NCBI GenBank assembly: GCA_031403995.1
Contig: JANNGS010000069.1
Coordinates: 15,311 to 79,310 of the forward strand
DNA: 64,000 nt
Source: Thermoanaerobaculia bacterium
GTDB taxonomy: Bacteria > Acidobacteriota > Thermoanaerobaculia > Multivoradales > JAGPDF01
Direction: 5' to 3'
This document shows, piece by piece, positions 55,728 to 64,000 of the stretch (the first letter of the stretch is position 1; every line of letters starts with the position of its first letter). The notes beneath the pieces were generated by a model that had not been told where the DNA came from, ran no database searches, and saw only the letters and a program-made list of their open reading frames with translations. Both the position numbers and the translations under genes were made by a program.

Positions 55728-58151
55728 ATGAGCGACGTCCTCCCTCAGCCTGTGCGCGCCCGACCGGCCAGGCTCACGCGCGAGCAGATCCTCGCCGACT
55801 ACCGGCTCGGATGGGAGAGCCGCCAGGCGAGCCTGATCGGCCGGCGGGAAGTGCTCACCGGCAAGGGCAAGTTCGGCATCTTCGGCGACGGTAAGGAGAT
55901 CGCTCAACTCGCCATGGCACACGCCGCAGAGCCGGGCGATTTCCGCTCCGGCTACTACCGCGACCAGACTTTCATGATGGCGGTGGGCGAGCTCACCCTC
56001 GACCAGTTCTTCGCCCAGCTCTATGCTGACGCCGACCCGGTGCGCGAACCGGCCTCCGCCGGGCGCCAGATGAACGCCCACTTCGCGACCCGCCTGCGCG
56101 CCGCGGACGGGTCGCCGCTGGATATCACGGCACGCGTCCAGAGCGCTGCCGACATGTCTCCCACTGCCGGACAGATGCCGCGCCTTGTCGGGTTGGGGCA
56201 CGCCTCGCGGCTCTATCGCGAACTTCCCGGCCTCGAAGGCTTCGGGAACTTCTCGCGCGGCGGCAACGAGATCGCCTTCGGCACGATCGGCAACGCCTCG
56301 ACCGCCGAGGGGCACTTCTGGGAAGCGGTCAACGCCATCGGCGTCCTGCGTGCCGCGGTGCTGCTGTCGATCTGGGACGACGGCTACGGCATCTCGGTCG
56401 CCAACGAGCATCAGATCTGCAAGGCCGACCTCTCCGAGATGCTCTCGGGGTTCGCACGCAAGCCGGATGGGGGCGAGGGGTTCGAGCTCTACCGCGTCCA
56501 CGGCTGGGACTATCCGGCGCTCGTCGAAACCTACGTCACCGCCGCCGCGCGGGTCCGGCGCGATCACGTGCCGGCCATCGTGCACGTCGCCGAGCTCACC
56601 CAGCCGCAGGGGCATTCGACCTCGGGCAGCCACGAAAGGTACAAGTCTCCGGACCGCCTGGCGTTCGAGGTGGAGTTCGACGGCCTGCGCCGAATGCGCG
56701 GCTGGATGGTCGCCGAAGGAATCGCCGGTGAAACCGAGCTGGACGCGATCGAAAAAGAGTGCGCGCAGGCGGCACGGGAGGCGCAGCGGCGGGCCTGGGA
56801 CGCCTACCAGGAGGCGATCCGGAAGGAGAAGGAGAGCTTCACCGCGCTCGCCGACCGCGTCGCCCTCCGCGCGCACGATCGTGCAGCCATCGAGTCGCTG
56901 GTCCAGAATCTCGATCGCCTGCACCCGCTCCTCCACCGCAACCTCCAGACCTCGGCGCACGAGATCCTGATCGCCACCCTCGGCGATCCGTCTCCAGAGC
57001 GTGCCGCGCTCGCGCGCTGGACCGAGTCGCACCGGCTCGAGAACGAAGAGCGTTACGGCTCTCACCTCCACGCCTCCGGTACGCGTTCTCCGCTCGCGGT
57101 CGAGCCGCTGCCACCGTCCTACCGCGACGATTCGCCGGTGGTGAACGGCTTCGAGGTCTTGAACGCATGTTTCGACGACGCGCTCGGGAGGATGCCCAAC
57201 CTGCTCGCTTTCGGCGAAGATGTCGGCCAGCTCGGCGACGTCAATCAGGGTTTTCTCCACCTGCAGAAGAAGTACGGTGCGCTGCGCGTCGCCGACACCG
57301 GCATCCGCGAGCAGTCGATCATGGGGCAGGCGATCGGCCTGGCGTTGCGCGGCTTCCGCCCGATCGCCGAAATCCAGTATCTCGACTACGTGCTCTATGG
57401 CCTGCAGACGCTCTCCGACGATCTCGCGTCGCTCTCGTGGCGAACCGCCGGCGCGCAGGCGGCGCCGGTCATCGTGCGCACCCGCGGCCATCGTCTCGAA
57501 GGTATCTGGCACTCGGGCTCGCAGATGGGCGGCCTCCTCCATCTGACCCGTGGAATCTGGCTCTGCGTGCCGCGCAACATGACGCAGGCCGCCGGGATGT
57601 ACAACACGCTGCTCGCCGCGGACGACCCGGCGATCGTGGTCGAGGTCTTGAACGGCTACCGCCACAAGGAGCGTCTGCCGTCGAACGTCGGATCGTTCCG
57701 CGTTCCGCTCGGGATTCCCGAGACCCTGCGCGAGGGGCGAGACGCCACGGTCGTCACCTACGGCGCCTGCTGTCCGATCGTGCAGGAGGCGGCGGAGCTC
57801 CTCGCCAGGACCGGCATCGAGATCGAGATCGTCGACGTGCAGACTCTGTCGCCTTTCGATCGCGAAAACCGGATCCTCGAGAGCCTGCGCAAGACATCCC
57901 GCCTGGTGATCGTCGACGAGGACGTGCCCGGCGGCGCGTCGGCCTGGTTGATGCAGCAGATCGTCGAGCGCATGGGCGGCTTCTGGTGGCTCGACGCTCC
58001 GCCGGTCACGGTCACCGGCCGCGAGCACCGCCCGGCCTACGGCTCCGACGGCGACTACTTCTCCAAGCCGTCGCGCGACGAGATCTTTCGCGCCATCTAC
58101 GACCTGATGCGCGCCGCCGCACCGCAGCGATTCCCGCCCTTGTTCAGTTGA
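55728..58151 (+). CDS. 2-oxoacid dehydrogenase E1, fused alpha/beta subunits
   Basis: GKFGIFGDGKE, SGYYRD, GRQM..HF, GNASTAEG, HSTS, FGEDVG, DTGIRE, EIQYLDY and DED. Confidence 0.9.
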   Translation: MSDVLPQPVRARPARLTREQILADYRLGWESRQASLIGRREVLTGKGKFGIFGDGKEIAQLAMAHAAEPGDFRSGYYRDQTFMMAVGELTLDQFFAQLYADADPVREPASAGRQMNAHFATRLRAADGSPLDITARVQSAADMSPTAGQMPRLVGLGHASRLYRELPGLEGFGNFSRGGNEIAFGTIGNASTAEGHFWEAVNAIGVLRAAVLLSIWDDGYGISVANEHQICKADLSEMLSGFARKPDGGEGFELYRVHGWDYPALVETYVTAAARVRRDHVPAIVHVAELTQPQGHSTSGSHERYKSPDRLAFEVEFDGLRRMRGWMVAEGIAGETELDAIEKECAQAAREAQRRAWDAYQEAIRKEKESFTALADRVALRAHDRAAIESLVQNLDRLHPLLHRNLQTSAHEILIATLGDPSPERAALARWTESHRLENEERYGSHLHASGTRSPLAVEPLPPSYRDDSPVVNGFEVLNACFDDALGRMPNLLAFGEDVGQLGDVNQGFLHLQKKYGALRVADTGIREQSIMGQAIGLALRGFRPIAEIQYLDYVLYGLQTLSDDLASLSWRTAGAQAAPVIVRTRGHRLEGIWHSGSQMGGLLHLTRGIWLCVPRNMTQAAGMYNTLLAADDPAIVVEVLNGYRHKERLPSNVGSFRVPLGIPETLREGRDATVVTYGACCPIVQEAAELLARTGIEIEIVDVQTLSPFDRENRILESLRKTSRLVIVDEDVPGGASAWLMQQIVERMGGFWWLDAPPVTVTGREHRPAYGSDGDYFSKPSRDEIFRAIYDLMRAAAPQRFPPLFS

Positions 58152-59322
58152 CGGTGGCGGCTTCGGTCTCCGCCTCGAACCGCCGGCGCGCCCAGCTGAA
58201 GTAAGGCCACGCGGCGATCGCCGCGACGGCGGCGAGAGCAAAAGCCGGCGTATAGCCGGCGTGCGCGATGACCGGGCCGAAGAGCATCGAACCGCTGCCG
58301 ATGCCGGTGTCGAAGGCGGCGATGTTGGCGCCGAACGCCGCTCCCCGGCGCTCCGGCGCGACCCGCCCGATCACGTAGGTGGTGAAGGCGGGTCCGATGC
58401 TCGCGAAACCCAGGCCGTAGAGCACGGCGCAACCGGCGATCGCCGCCCGGCTGCCGGCGAACGGCATGAACGTGAGCGCCACGGCGACCGCCACGATCGA
58501 CGGGCGCAGGGCCGCGAACGCGCCGACCCGGTCGATCCAGCGACCGACGAACGGGCGCAGCCCGAAGATCGTGCCGGCGAAAGCCACGAAGAAGAGACCG
58601 CGCGGCGCGACGCCGCGGCTCTCGGTATAGAGCGCGATGAAGCTCGTCAAGCCGCCGTAGCCCAGCGAGACCAGAAAGAGCCCGAAGGCGAAGCGCAGCA
58701 CAGGCCGCGCGAGACGCTCCGCGGGCGGTGCGAGTCCGGCGCGGAGCGAGATCTCCGCGTCCCCGGAGGCGAAGCGCAGCGCGAGCAGGGCGATCGCCGC
58801 GTTGACGACGGCGAGCGTGCCCGTCAGCCAGCGCCAGCCAAGGCCGAAGAGGACGAAACCGAAGCTCGGGGCGAGCGAGATGGCGAGAATTGTCGCCATG
58901 CCGTGAACCGCGAAACCCTCGCCGCGTCGCGACTCCGGGATGAGGCGGACGGCGTAGGCGCCCGACGAAGTCAGGAGCGCCGACCAGAAGATCCCCTGCG
59001 CGAAGGCCAGCGCGACGAACAGCGGCCAGGCGGAGACGAAGGCGTAGACCGCGAAAAGCACCGCGATCGCCGCCGCGGCCACCGCCAGGACCCTGCCCTG
59101 CCCCAGGCGGTCCCCCAGAGCACCGGTGAACGGGGCCGAAAGCGCCGAAGCGAAAGTCAGACTGCCGAGGAAGAGGCCTGCTGCCGCTGTCGGTCCCCCG
59201 AGATCGTGAATGCGATACGGCGCCACCGGCAGCAGCGCGAACACTGCCGCGGAGGCGACGAAATTGAACATGCAGAGCTCGAGGAAGGCGGGTGAAAGAA
59301 GCGGCTCCCGACGGCGGACCAT
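58144..59322 (-). CDS. MFS transporter
   Basis: About 12 TM helices; G.LGDRLG and GRWIDRVG motif A copies; PESRRG. Confidence 0.9.
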   Translation of the reverse strand: MVRRREPLLSPAFLELCMFNFVASAAVFALLPVAPYRIHDLGGPTAAAGLFLGSLTFASALSAPFTGALGDRLGQGRVLAVAAAAIAVLFAVYAFVSAWPLFVALAFAQGIFWSALLTSSGAYAVRLIPESRRGEGFAVHGMATILAISLAPSFGFVLFGLGWRWLTGTLAVVNAAIALLALRFASGDAEISLRAGLAPPAERLARPVLRFAFGLFLVSLGYGGLTSFIALYTESRGVAPRGLFFVAFAGTIFGLRPFVGRWIDRVGAFAALRPSIVAVAVALTFMPFAGSRAAIAGCAVLYGLGFASIGPAFTTYVIGRVAPERRGAAFGANIAAFDTGIGSGSMLFGPVIAHAGYTPAFALAAVAAIAAWPYFSWARRRFEAETEAATVN

Positions 59323-59344
59323 GGAGCGGCGAACTCTAGCTCAG

Positions 59345-59387
59345 AAAAAAAGGGCAACGCCGGGGTCACTGGTGACCCCGGCGTTGC
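59345..59387 (-). terminator. Strong intrinsic terminator
   Basis: Perfect 16-bp inverted repeat gcaacgccggggtcac (59354-59369) / gtgaccccggcgttgc (59372-59387), plus A7 at 59345-59351. Confidence 0.85.
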
Positions 59388-59471
59388 GGGGGATCTGAAG
59401 GAGGGTGGACGGATGATGGCGCCCGCCGGGCGCACGGCCTGTAAGGCCCTGCACAGTCGATCAGTGGTCTT

Positions 59472-62400
59472 TCACCGTGCCGGCGGGAGCGGTTCGCCTC
59501 CGGCGAGCTGCTCGGCCCGCGAGGCGAGAGCACCGCAGCCCGCGCTGCGCGCCTCGACCGCGTAGCGCTCGAGTGCGCTGCGGGAGGTCGCGAGGCCTTC
59601 CGCATGGTCGACCGCGAGCGCGCCGAGACGCGCTTCGAGCGCCGCGATCCGGTGGCCCGCCCGCTCGGCGACTGCGAGATCCTCTGCCAGGGTCTCGCGG
59701 GCGCGGTCGAACCGCCCGAAGGCGCCATCGAGCTCCGCCGAGACCAGCCGCCCGAGATGACGCAACCAGGCGGCGGGATTTCTCCCCGCCGCCCCCAGAG
59801 CCTCGGCGACCAGCTGCGCCGCGGCGGCGGACTTGCCGCGCTGCGCGAGCAGGCAGCGCGCCGCCTCGAGGTCGGCCTGGACCTTCTCGTCGGCTTCGCC
59901 ACGGGCGCCGAACTCCTGCGACAGGACGATGAGTTTCGCGAACGCGCGCGACGGCTGGCCACTGTCGCGCTCGATCCGCGCCTGGGCGAGCCGGACCGCT
60001 GCCGCTTTGGGCTTCTCGCCGCCCGAGTCGAAGAGTGCCAGCGCCGCCGCCAAGTCGCGCTGCGCCGCGACCCCATCGCCCTGCATCGCCCGGTTCTCAC
60101 CGAGGCCGAGCAGCGCGTCGCCTTCGCCGGCCTTGTCGCCGGTGGCGCGGGCCAGCTCGAGCGCCTGCCGCCAGAGCCGGTCCGAGCCGGCGAAATCACC
60201 GCGCTCGCGCCGGATCTGTCCCAGATTGGCGAGCGCGACCAGCTCCCGGGAGCGGTCTTCGAGTTGGCGAAAGGTCGCCAGGGCCTCCAGGTGCTGCGCC
60301 TCGGCGCCGGAGAGATCCCATTGCAGGTAGTGCATGGTTCCGAGGTTGGCCGCGGCAGCTGCCGCACCGCGCCGGTCTCCGAGCTCCGCGAGCGTCTTCC
60401 CGGCGCTCTCGTAGAGCTGCTCGGCCCACTGAAGCTCGCCCCGCTCCGAGGCGACGAGCCCGAGTGAAACCTGTACCCGCGCCGCTCGTCGCCGATTGCC
60501 GATCGCCTCGAAAGTCGCCCGGGCCTCCTCGAACAGCCGCTCGGCGCTCGCGAAATCGCCCCGCGACTGCTCGAGATTCGCCAGCGACTGTGCCACGCTC
60601 GCCACGAAGGCGCGGTCGCCGAGCTCGCTGGCAAGTCGGCGAGCCTCTTCGAATCGCCCGGCAGCGCCGGTCGAATCGCCCAGCTTGCGCTGCGCGGCAC
60701 CCTGCTCGAATCGCGCGCGGGCCAGGATCGAACGCGAACCGGCCACTTCCGCGCGGGTCGCCGCACGTTCCGCGACCGCGAGTTGGCGATGGAAATCGGA
60801 CAGCGCCGCGGCGGCGCGCGCTTCCACGAGATCGATCCGCGGATCCTCCCCGGTGGGCGGAGGCAGGCGGCGGAGCTCAGCGACCGTGACGAGCGCCGCC
60901 GTCGACTCGCCGGCCTCGAGCTCGACCTGGGCCAGACGCAGGCCCTGTTCGAGATCATCGGGGTAGAAACGCCAGAGGGTGCGCGCGACCTCGATCGCGC
61001 GGGGCCAATCCCGCGAGAGCCGCCGTTCGAGCCCCTCGATCATCAGCTGATCGCTGCGCGAGAGTCTCCCGGACCGCTTGCGGGCCTCGCTGGCGGCGAC
61101 CAGCGCCTGCTCGTCGTAGCCGAGATCGAACCAGGCGGCGGCGAGCGCCGCCCTCGCCAACGGGAACTCCGGATCGGTCGCGATAGAGCGCTCCAGCAGC
61201 TCGCGGGCCCGTCCGGGCTCGAACGAGCGCAACGCCTCGAGGCCGCCGGAATAGAGCCGCACGGCCTCCGGGCTCGCCGGGTGAGCGAATTCGGCGGCGG
61301 GCGACGTCGCGCCGGCGAGGTCGCCGATGCCGAGCTCGCGGCGCAGGCTGAGGCCGCCCTGGCGAACGAGAGCGAAGATCTTCGGTTCGCTGCCTTCGAT
61401 CGAGAACGGCTTGGTGTAGCTGCCGTCGGTCGCCTGCAGGCGCAGGTCGACCCGCAGGGGCGCCTCGGCGCCGCCCTGGGCGGTGAAGCTCCCGAGCAGC
61501 ACCAGGTCCGCTCCGAGGATCCGGCGGAGACGCTGAAGCGTCTCCGCCCCCAAGGAGCTCGAGAGCTCGAGCTGCAGATCCTGGCGGGCCTGCGCCACCA
61601 CCTCGCCGGGGACCGCGCGCACCGAGTCGCTCGCCGCGAGCTCCGAGGTCAACATCTCGGAGAGCGCCGAAGACAGCCACTGCGCCTCCGGACGGCCGGT
61701 CGCGTTGGCGAATCCGAGGACCGCTATGGCCCGCCGCGGAGCGGCGGTCGGGGCGAGCGGGGCCTGCAAGGACGCGAGAGAATCCTTCGCGGCCTGGCCG
61801 GCTTGCGGGGTGCGCGCACGCCAACCGGGCAGAAACCACCAGAGGAGAGCGGCGATACCGAGCGCCAGGAAGACCGCGATCCCGGTGACGATGATCCGCG
61901 GCGGCCGCTCGCCGCGCAAACGGTCGGCGTCGAGGAGAGCGGTCGGCGGATCGAGAAATCGGATCACCTCTTCTGCCCTCGTGAAGCGCTTGTCCGGCTC
62001 GCGCTCCATGCAGCGCTCGATAGTCTCGCGGAATCGCGCCGAGAGTCCGTCGCGATAGGTCTCGATCGGCGTCGGCGGCTCGCGCAGCCGCTTGACCGCC
62101 ACTTCGAGCGGCGACTCGCCGTAGAAGGGCAGCTCGCCGGTGAGCATCTCGTAGAGCACCACGCCGAGCGCGTAGAGGTCGCTCCCCGCGCTCGCTGCCA
62201 AGCCCGCAACCTGCTCCGGCGCCATGTAGGCGGGCGTGCCGAGGAGGCCTCCCGCCTCGGTGAGCGTCACCCCATCCGAGCTCTGGTGCGAGCTCCGGGC
62301 GAGTCCGAAGTCGGTGATCACCGCCCGTTCGCCGTCCGGAAAAGGGACGAGCAGGATGTTCGAGCTCTTGAAGTCGCGATGCACCACGCCGGCGTCGTGC

Positions 62401-62837
62401 GCCGCGGCGAGCCCGCTGCAGAGCTGGCGCACAACGGCAATGGCCGGCCCCTCGTCGAAGGTTCCCGCCTCCTCGATCCGGCGCGCCAGCGTCTCGCCTT
62501 CGAGCCATTCCATGGTCAGGTAGAGGAGCGCCTGATAGGCGCCGGTCTCGGAGCTGCGAACCTCGTGCACGCCGAGATCGAAAATCCGGCAGACGTTCGG
62601 ATGACTCACCCGGCGCGCCAGCAGGATCTCGCGCTTGAAGCGCTCGATCGACTGCGGATCCCGGCTCGCCGCCGGCCGGAGCACCTTGAGCGCCACGCGG
62701 CTGCGCAGATGAAGATCCTCGGCGCCGTAGACCTCGCCCGCGGCGCCCTGACCGAGGTAGCGCGAGATCCGGTAGCGCGCCGAAACGATCTCGCCGAGCG
62801 CGAAGATCGGCGCCTGCGCCGGTCCGCCCATGCTCAT
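59472..62837 (-). CDS. Hanks-type Ser/Thr kinase with TM segment, TolB-N-like domain and TPR repeats
   Basis: LGQGAAGEVY, VALK, HRDFKSSN, DFGLA and GTPAYMAPEQ; IAVLGF.N; TPR array. Confidence 0.92.
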   Translation of the reverse strand: MSMGGPAQAPIFALGEIVSARYRISRYLGQGAAGEVYGAEDLHLRSRVALKVLRPAASRDPQSIERFKREILLARRVSHPNVCRIFDLGVHEVRSSETGAYQALLYLTMEWLEGETLARRIEEAGTFDEGPAIAVVRQLCSGLAAAHDAGVVHRDFKSSNILLVPFPDGERAVITDFGLARSSHQSSDGVTLTEAGGLLGTPAYMAPEQVAGLAASAGSDLYALGVVLYEMLTGELPFYGESPLEVAVKRLREPPTPIETYRDGLSARFRETIERCMEREPDKRFTRAEEVIRFLDPPTALLDADRLRGERPPRIIVTGIAVFLALGIAALLWWFLPGWRARTPQAGQAAKDSLASLQAPLAPTAAPRRAIAVLGFANATGRPEAQWLSSALSEMLTSELAASDSVRAVPGEVVAQARQDLQLELSSSLGAETLQRLRRILGADLVLLGSFTAQGGAEAPLRVDLRLQATDGSYTKPFSIEGSEPKIFALVRQGGLSLRRELGIGDLAGATSPAAEFAHPASPEAVRLYSGGLEALRSFEPGRARELLERSIATDPEFPLARAALAAAWFDLGYDEQALVAASEARKRSGRLSRSDQLMIEGLERRLSRDWPRAIEVARTLWRFYPDDLEQGLRLAQVELEAGESTAALVTVAELRRLPPPTGEDPRIDLVEARAAAALSDFHRQLAVAERAATRAEVAGSRSILARARFEQGAAQRKLGDSTGAAGRFEEARRLASELGDRAFVASVAQSLANLEQSRGDFASAERLFEEARATFEAIGNRRRAARVQVSLGLVASERGELQWAEQLYESAGKTLAELGDRRGAAAAAANLGTMHYLQWDLSGAEAQHLEALATFRQLEDRSRELVALANLGQIRRERGDFAGSDRLWRQALELARATGDKAGEGDALLGLGENRAMQGDGVAAQRDLAAALALFDSGGEKPKAAAVRLAQARIERDSGQPSRAFAKLIVLSQEFGARGEADEKVQADLEAARCLLAQRGKSAAAAQLVAEALGAAGRNPAAWLRHLGRLVSAELDGAFGRFDRARETLAEDLAVAERAGHRIAALEARLGALAVDHAEGLATSRSALERYAVEARSAGCGALASRAEQLAGGEPLPPAR

Positions 62838-62885
62838 CTGTGGAACCTCACGTTGCCGCGATTGTACCGGCTGATCGTGCAGCTT

Positions 62886-63578
62886 TCAGGCGCAGTCCGG
62901 ATCTTTCGCCGCACGATCGGCCCGCCGCTGGAGAGCGACCCATTCTGCCGGGGTGTTCACGCCGCGAAGCGCGCCGCGAAGGGCGGGCGGAACCGGGGCG
63001 ATGCAGACATCGGCGAGCCCGGCGAGCGGCTGCAGACTGCCGCCCCGTCCAGGCGCTGTGCTCGAGGCGCCGGGTCCGGTCGCCGCGGTCGCCGCGCTCG
63101 CTGCGCTTTCCGCCAGCGCCGCCAGCGCGGCGCGGCATCCGGGCTCGTAGATTCCGGGAAAGGGCTCGATGCGCCAGGGCACGAGGCGCGGCAGAACGGC
63201 GATGCGATCGACCCGCCGCTCTCCGATCAACCACTCGAGCGTCGCCGCGGAGAGCAACGGCTGATCGCAGGTCACGATCAGCCACGCGGTGTCGGGCCGC
63301 GCCGCGAACGCTGCAAGGAGGCCCGCCAGTGGGCCTTGCGCGCCCGGGAGATCGCCGATCACCCGCAGTCCCGCGAGCCTCGGCGGCAGGTCCGGGGCTC
63401 CTCCCAGGAGTGCGACCTCCGGCACGACTGTGGTGAGCGCCGCCATGATGCGCTCGACGAAGGTCTCGCCATGCCATTCGAGCAGCGCCTTGGCGGATCC
63501 CATCCGCCGGCTGGCGCCGCCGACCAGGATGCCGCCGACGAGCGGCGGCAGGGCTTCGCTGTCACGTGCACCGGACAT
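62886..63578 (-). CDS. mobA: Molybdenum cofactor guanylyltransferase
   Basis: ILVGGASRRMGSAKALL, GPLAGL, VTCDQP and VNTP.E. Confidence 0.85.
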   Translation of the reverse strand: MSGARDSEALPPLVGGILVGGASRRMGSAKALLEWHGETFVERIMAALTTVVPEVALLGGAPDLPPRLAGLRVIGDLPGAQGPLAGLLAAFAARPDTAWLIVTCDQPLLSAATLEWLIGERRVDRIAVLPRLVPWRIEPFPGIYEPGCRAALAALAESAASAATAATGPGASSTAPGRGGSLQPLAGLADVCIAPVPPALRGALRGVNTPAEWVALQRRADRAAKDPDCA

Positions 63579-63645
63579 CAGGCTGGTATCCTTCCACGAC
63601 CGGCGCGTTCCGCGGCCGCCACTCTCCCAGGAGTCCCTCGACCCG

Positions 63646-64000
63646 ATGCGCTTCGCTCCCATAGCTCCCGACACCGACTCGATCCGCAGCCGCCGCCGGC
63701 GGGCGCGGTTGCGCCTGTTCCTCGTGATGCTCTTCCTCCTGGGCGCCGCCGTCCTCTTGCTGGGCGGGCTGCGCCGCGGCCCGGCGCCCCAGATCGCAGT
63801 GCGGCCGGAGCGCACCGCCATCGGCAGGTTGGCGCCGCTCGAGATCGAGGTGTCCGAGCCGGCGCGCGGCTTCTCGAAGGTCGAGGCCGAGCTCGTCCAG
63901 GGCACCAACCGGATTGCGCTGCTCTCGGAGTCGTTCGCGACGCCGCCGGGCTGGAAGCTCTGGAGCCGCGGGCTCGCCGCGAAAGTCTGGAAGCTCGACA
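63646..64000 (+). CDS. Membrane-anchored protein (3' partial), possibly the N-terminus of an M23 peptidase
   Basis: Open frame MRFAPI...RRRRARLRLFLVMLFLLGAAVLLLGG..P.I... running to the window end. The catalytic domain is not visible. Confidence 0.55.
   Translation, partial: MRFAPIAPDTDSIRSRRRRARLRLFLVMLFLLGAAVLLLGGLRRGPAPQIAVRPERTAIGRLAPLEIEVSEPARGFSKVEAELVQGTNRIALLSESFATPPGWKLWSRGLAAKVWKLD

Overview
A high-GC bacterial chromosomal window with about 50 genes. The gene content (VWFA-related protein, kinase-TPR protein, C-terminal 'LFxDGFESGD' secreted protein) suggests Acidobacteriota, possibly Thermoanaerobaculia; this is an inference. I saw no rRNA, tRNA, CRISPR array, integrase or transposase. 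Main contents: (1) an SOS-mutagenesis cassette split into imuA-imuB and a dnaE2 about 8 kb away with its own promoter; (2) three short pseudopilins; (3) nrfHA; (4) a metallopeptidase/ATP-grasp/methyltransferase unit; (5) tyrA, rocD, PIN-PhoH and two GGDEF-EAL genes; (6) nirK-like plus azurin; (7) a reductive pyrimidine catabolism operon; (8) an alginate-export-type porin, vapBC and an MrfA-MrfB-like fusion; (9) tandem cold-shock genes; (10) a DsbA-SCP2-R2lox-RmlB-like operon; (11) a fused 2-oxoacid dehydrogenase E1, an MFS transporter, a Ser/Thr kinase and mobA. Best leads: a shared ATGAC-N4-GTCA(T/G) palindrome at class-II (-41.5) spacing before nrfH, nirK and the porin; a NirK whose type-1 Cu axial Met is Gln; the R2lox operon whose RmlB homologue lacks its catalytic Asp; a direct-repeat operator in the dnaE2 promoter; and widespread leaderless starts. 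All family calls come from motif recognition by eye, with no database searches.
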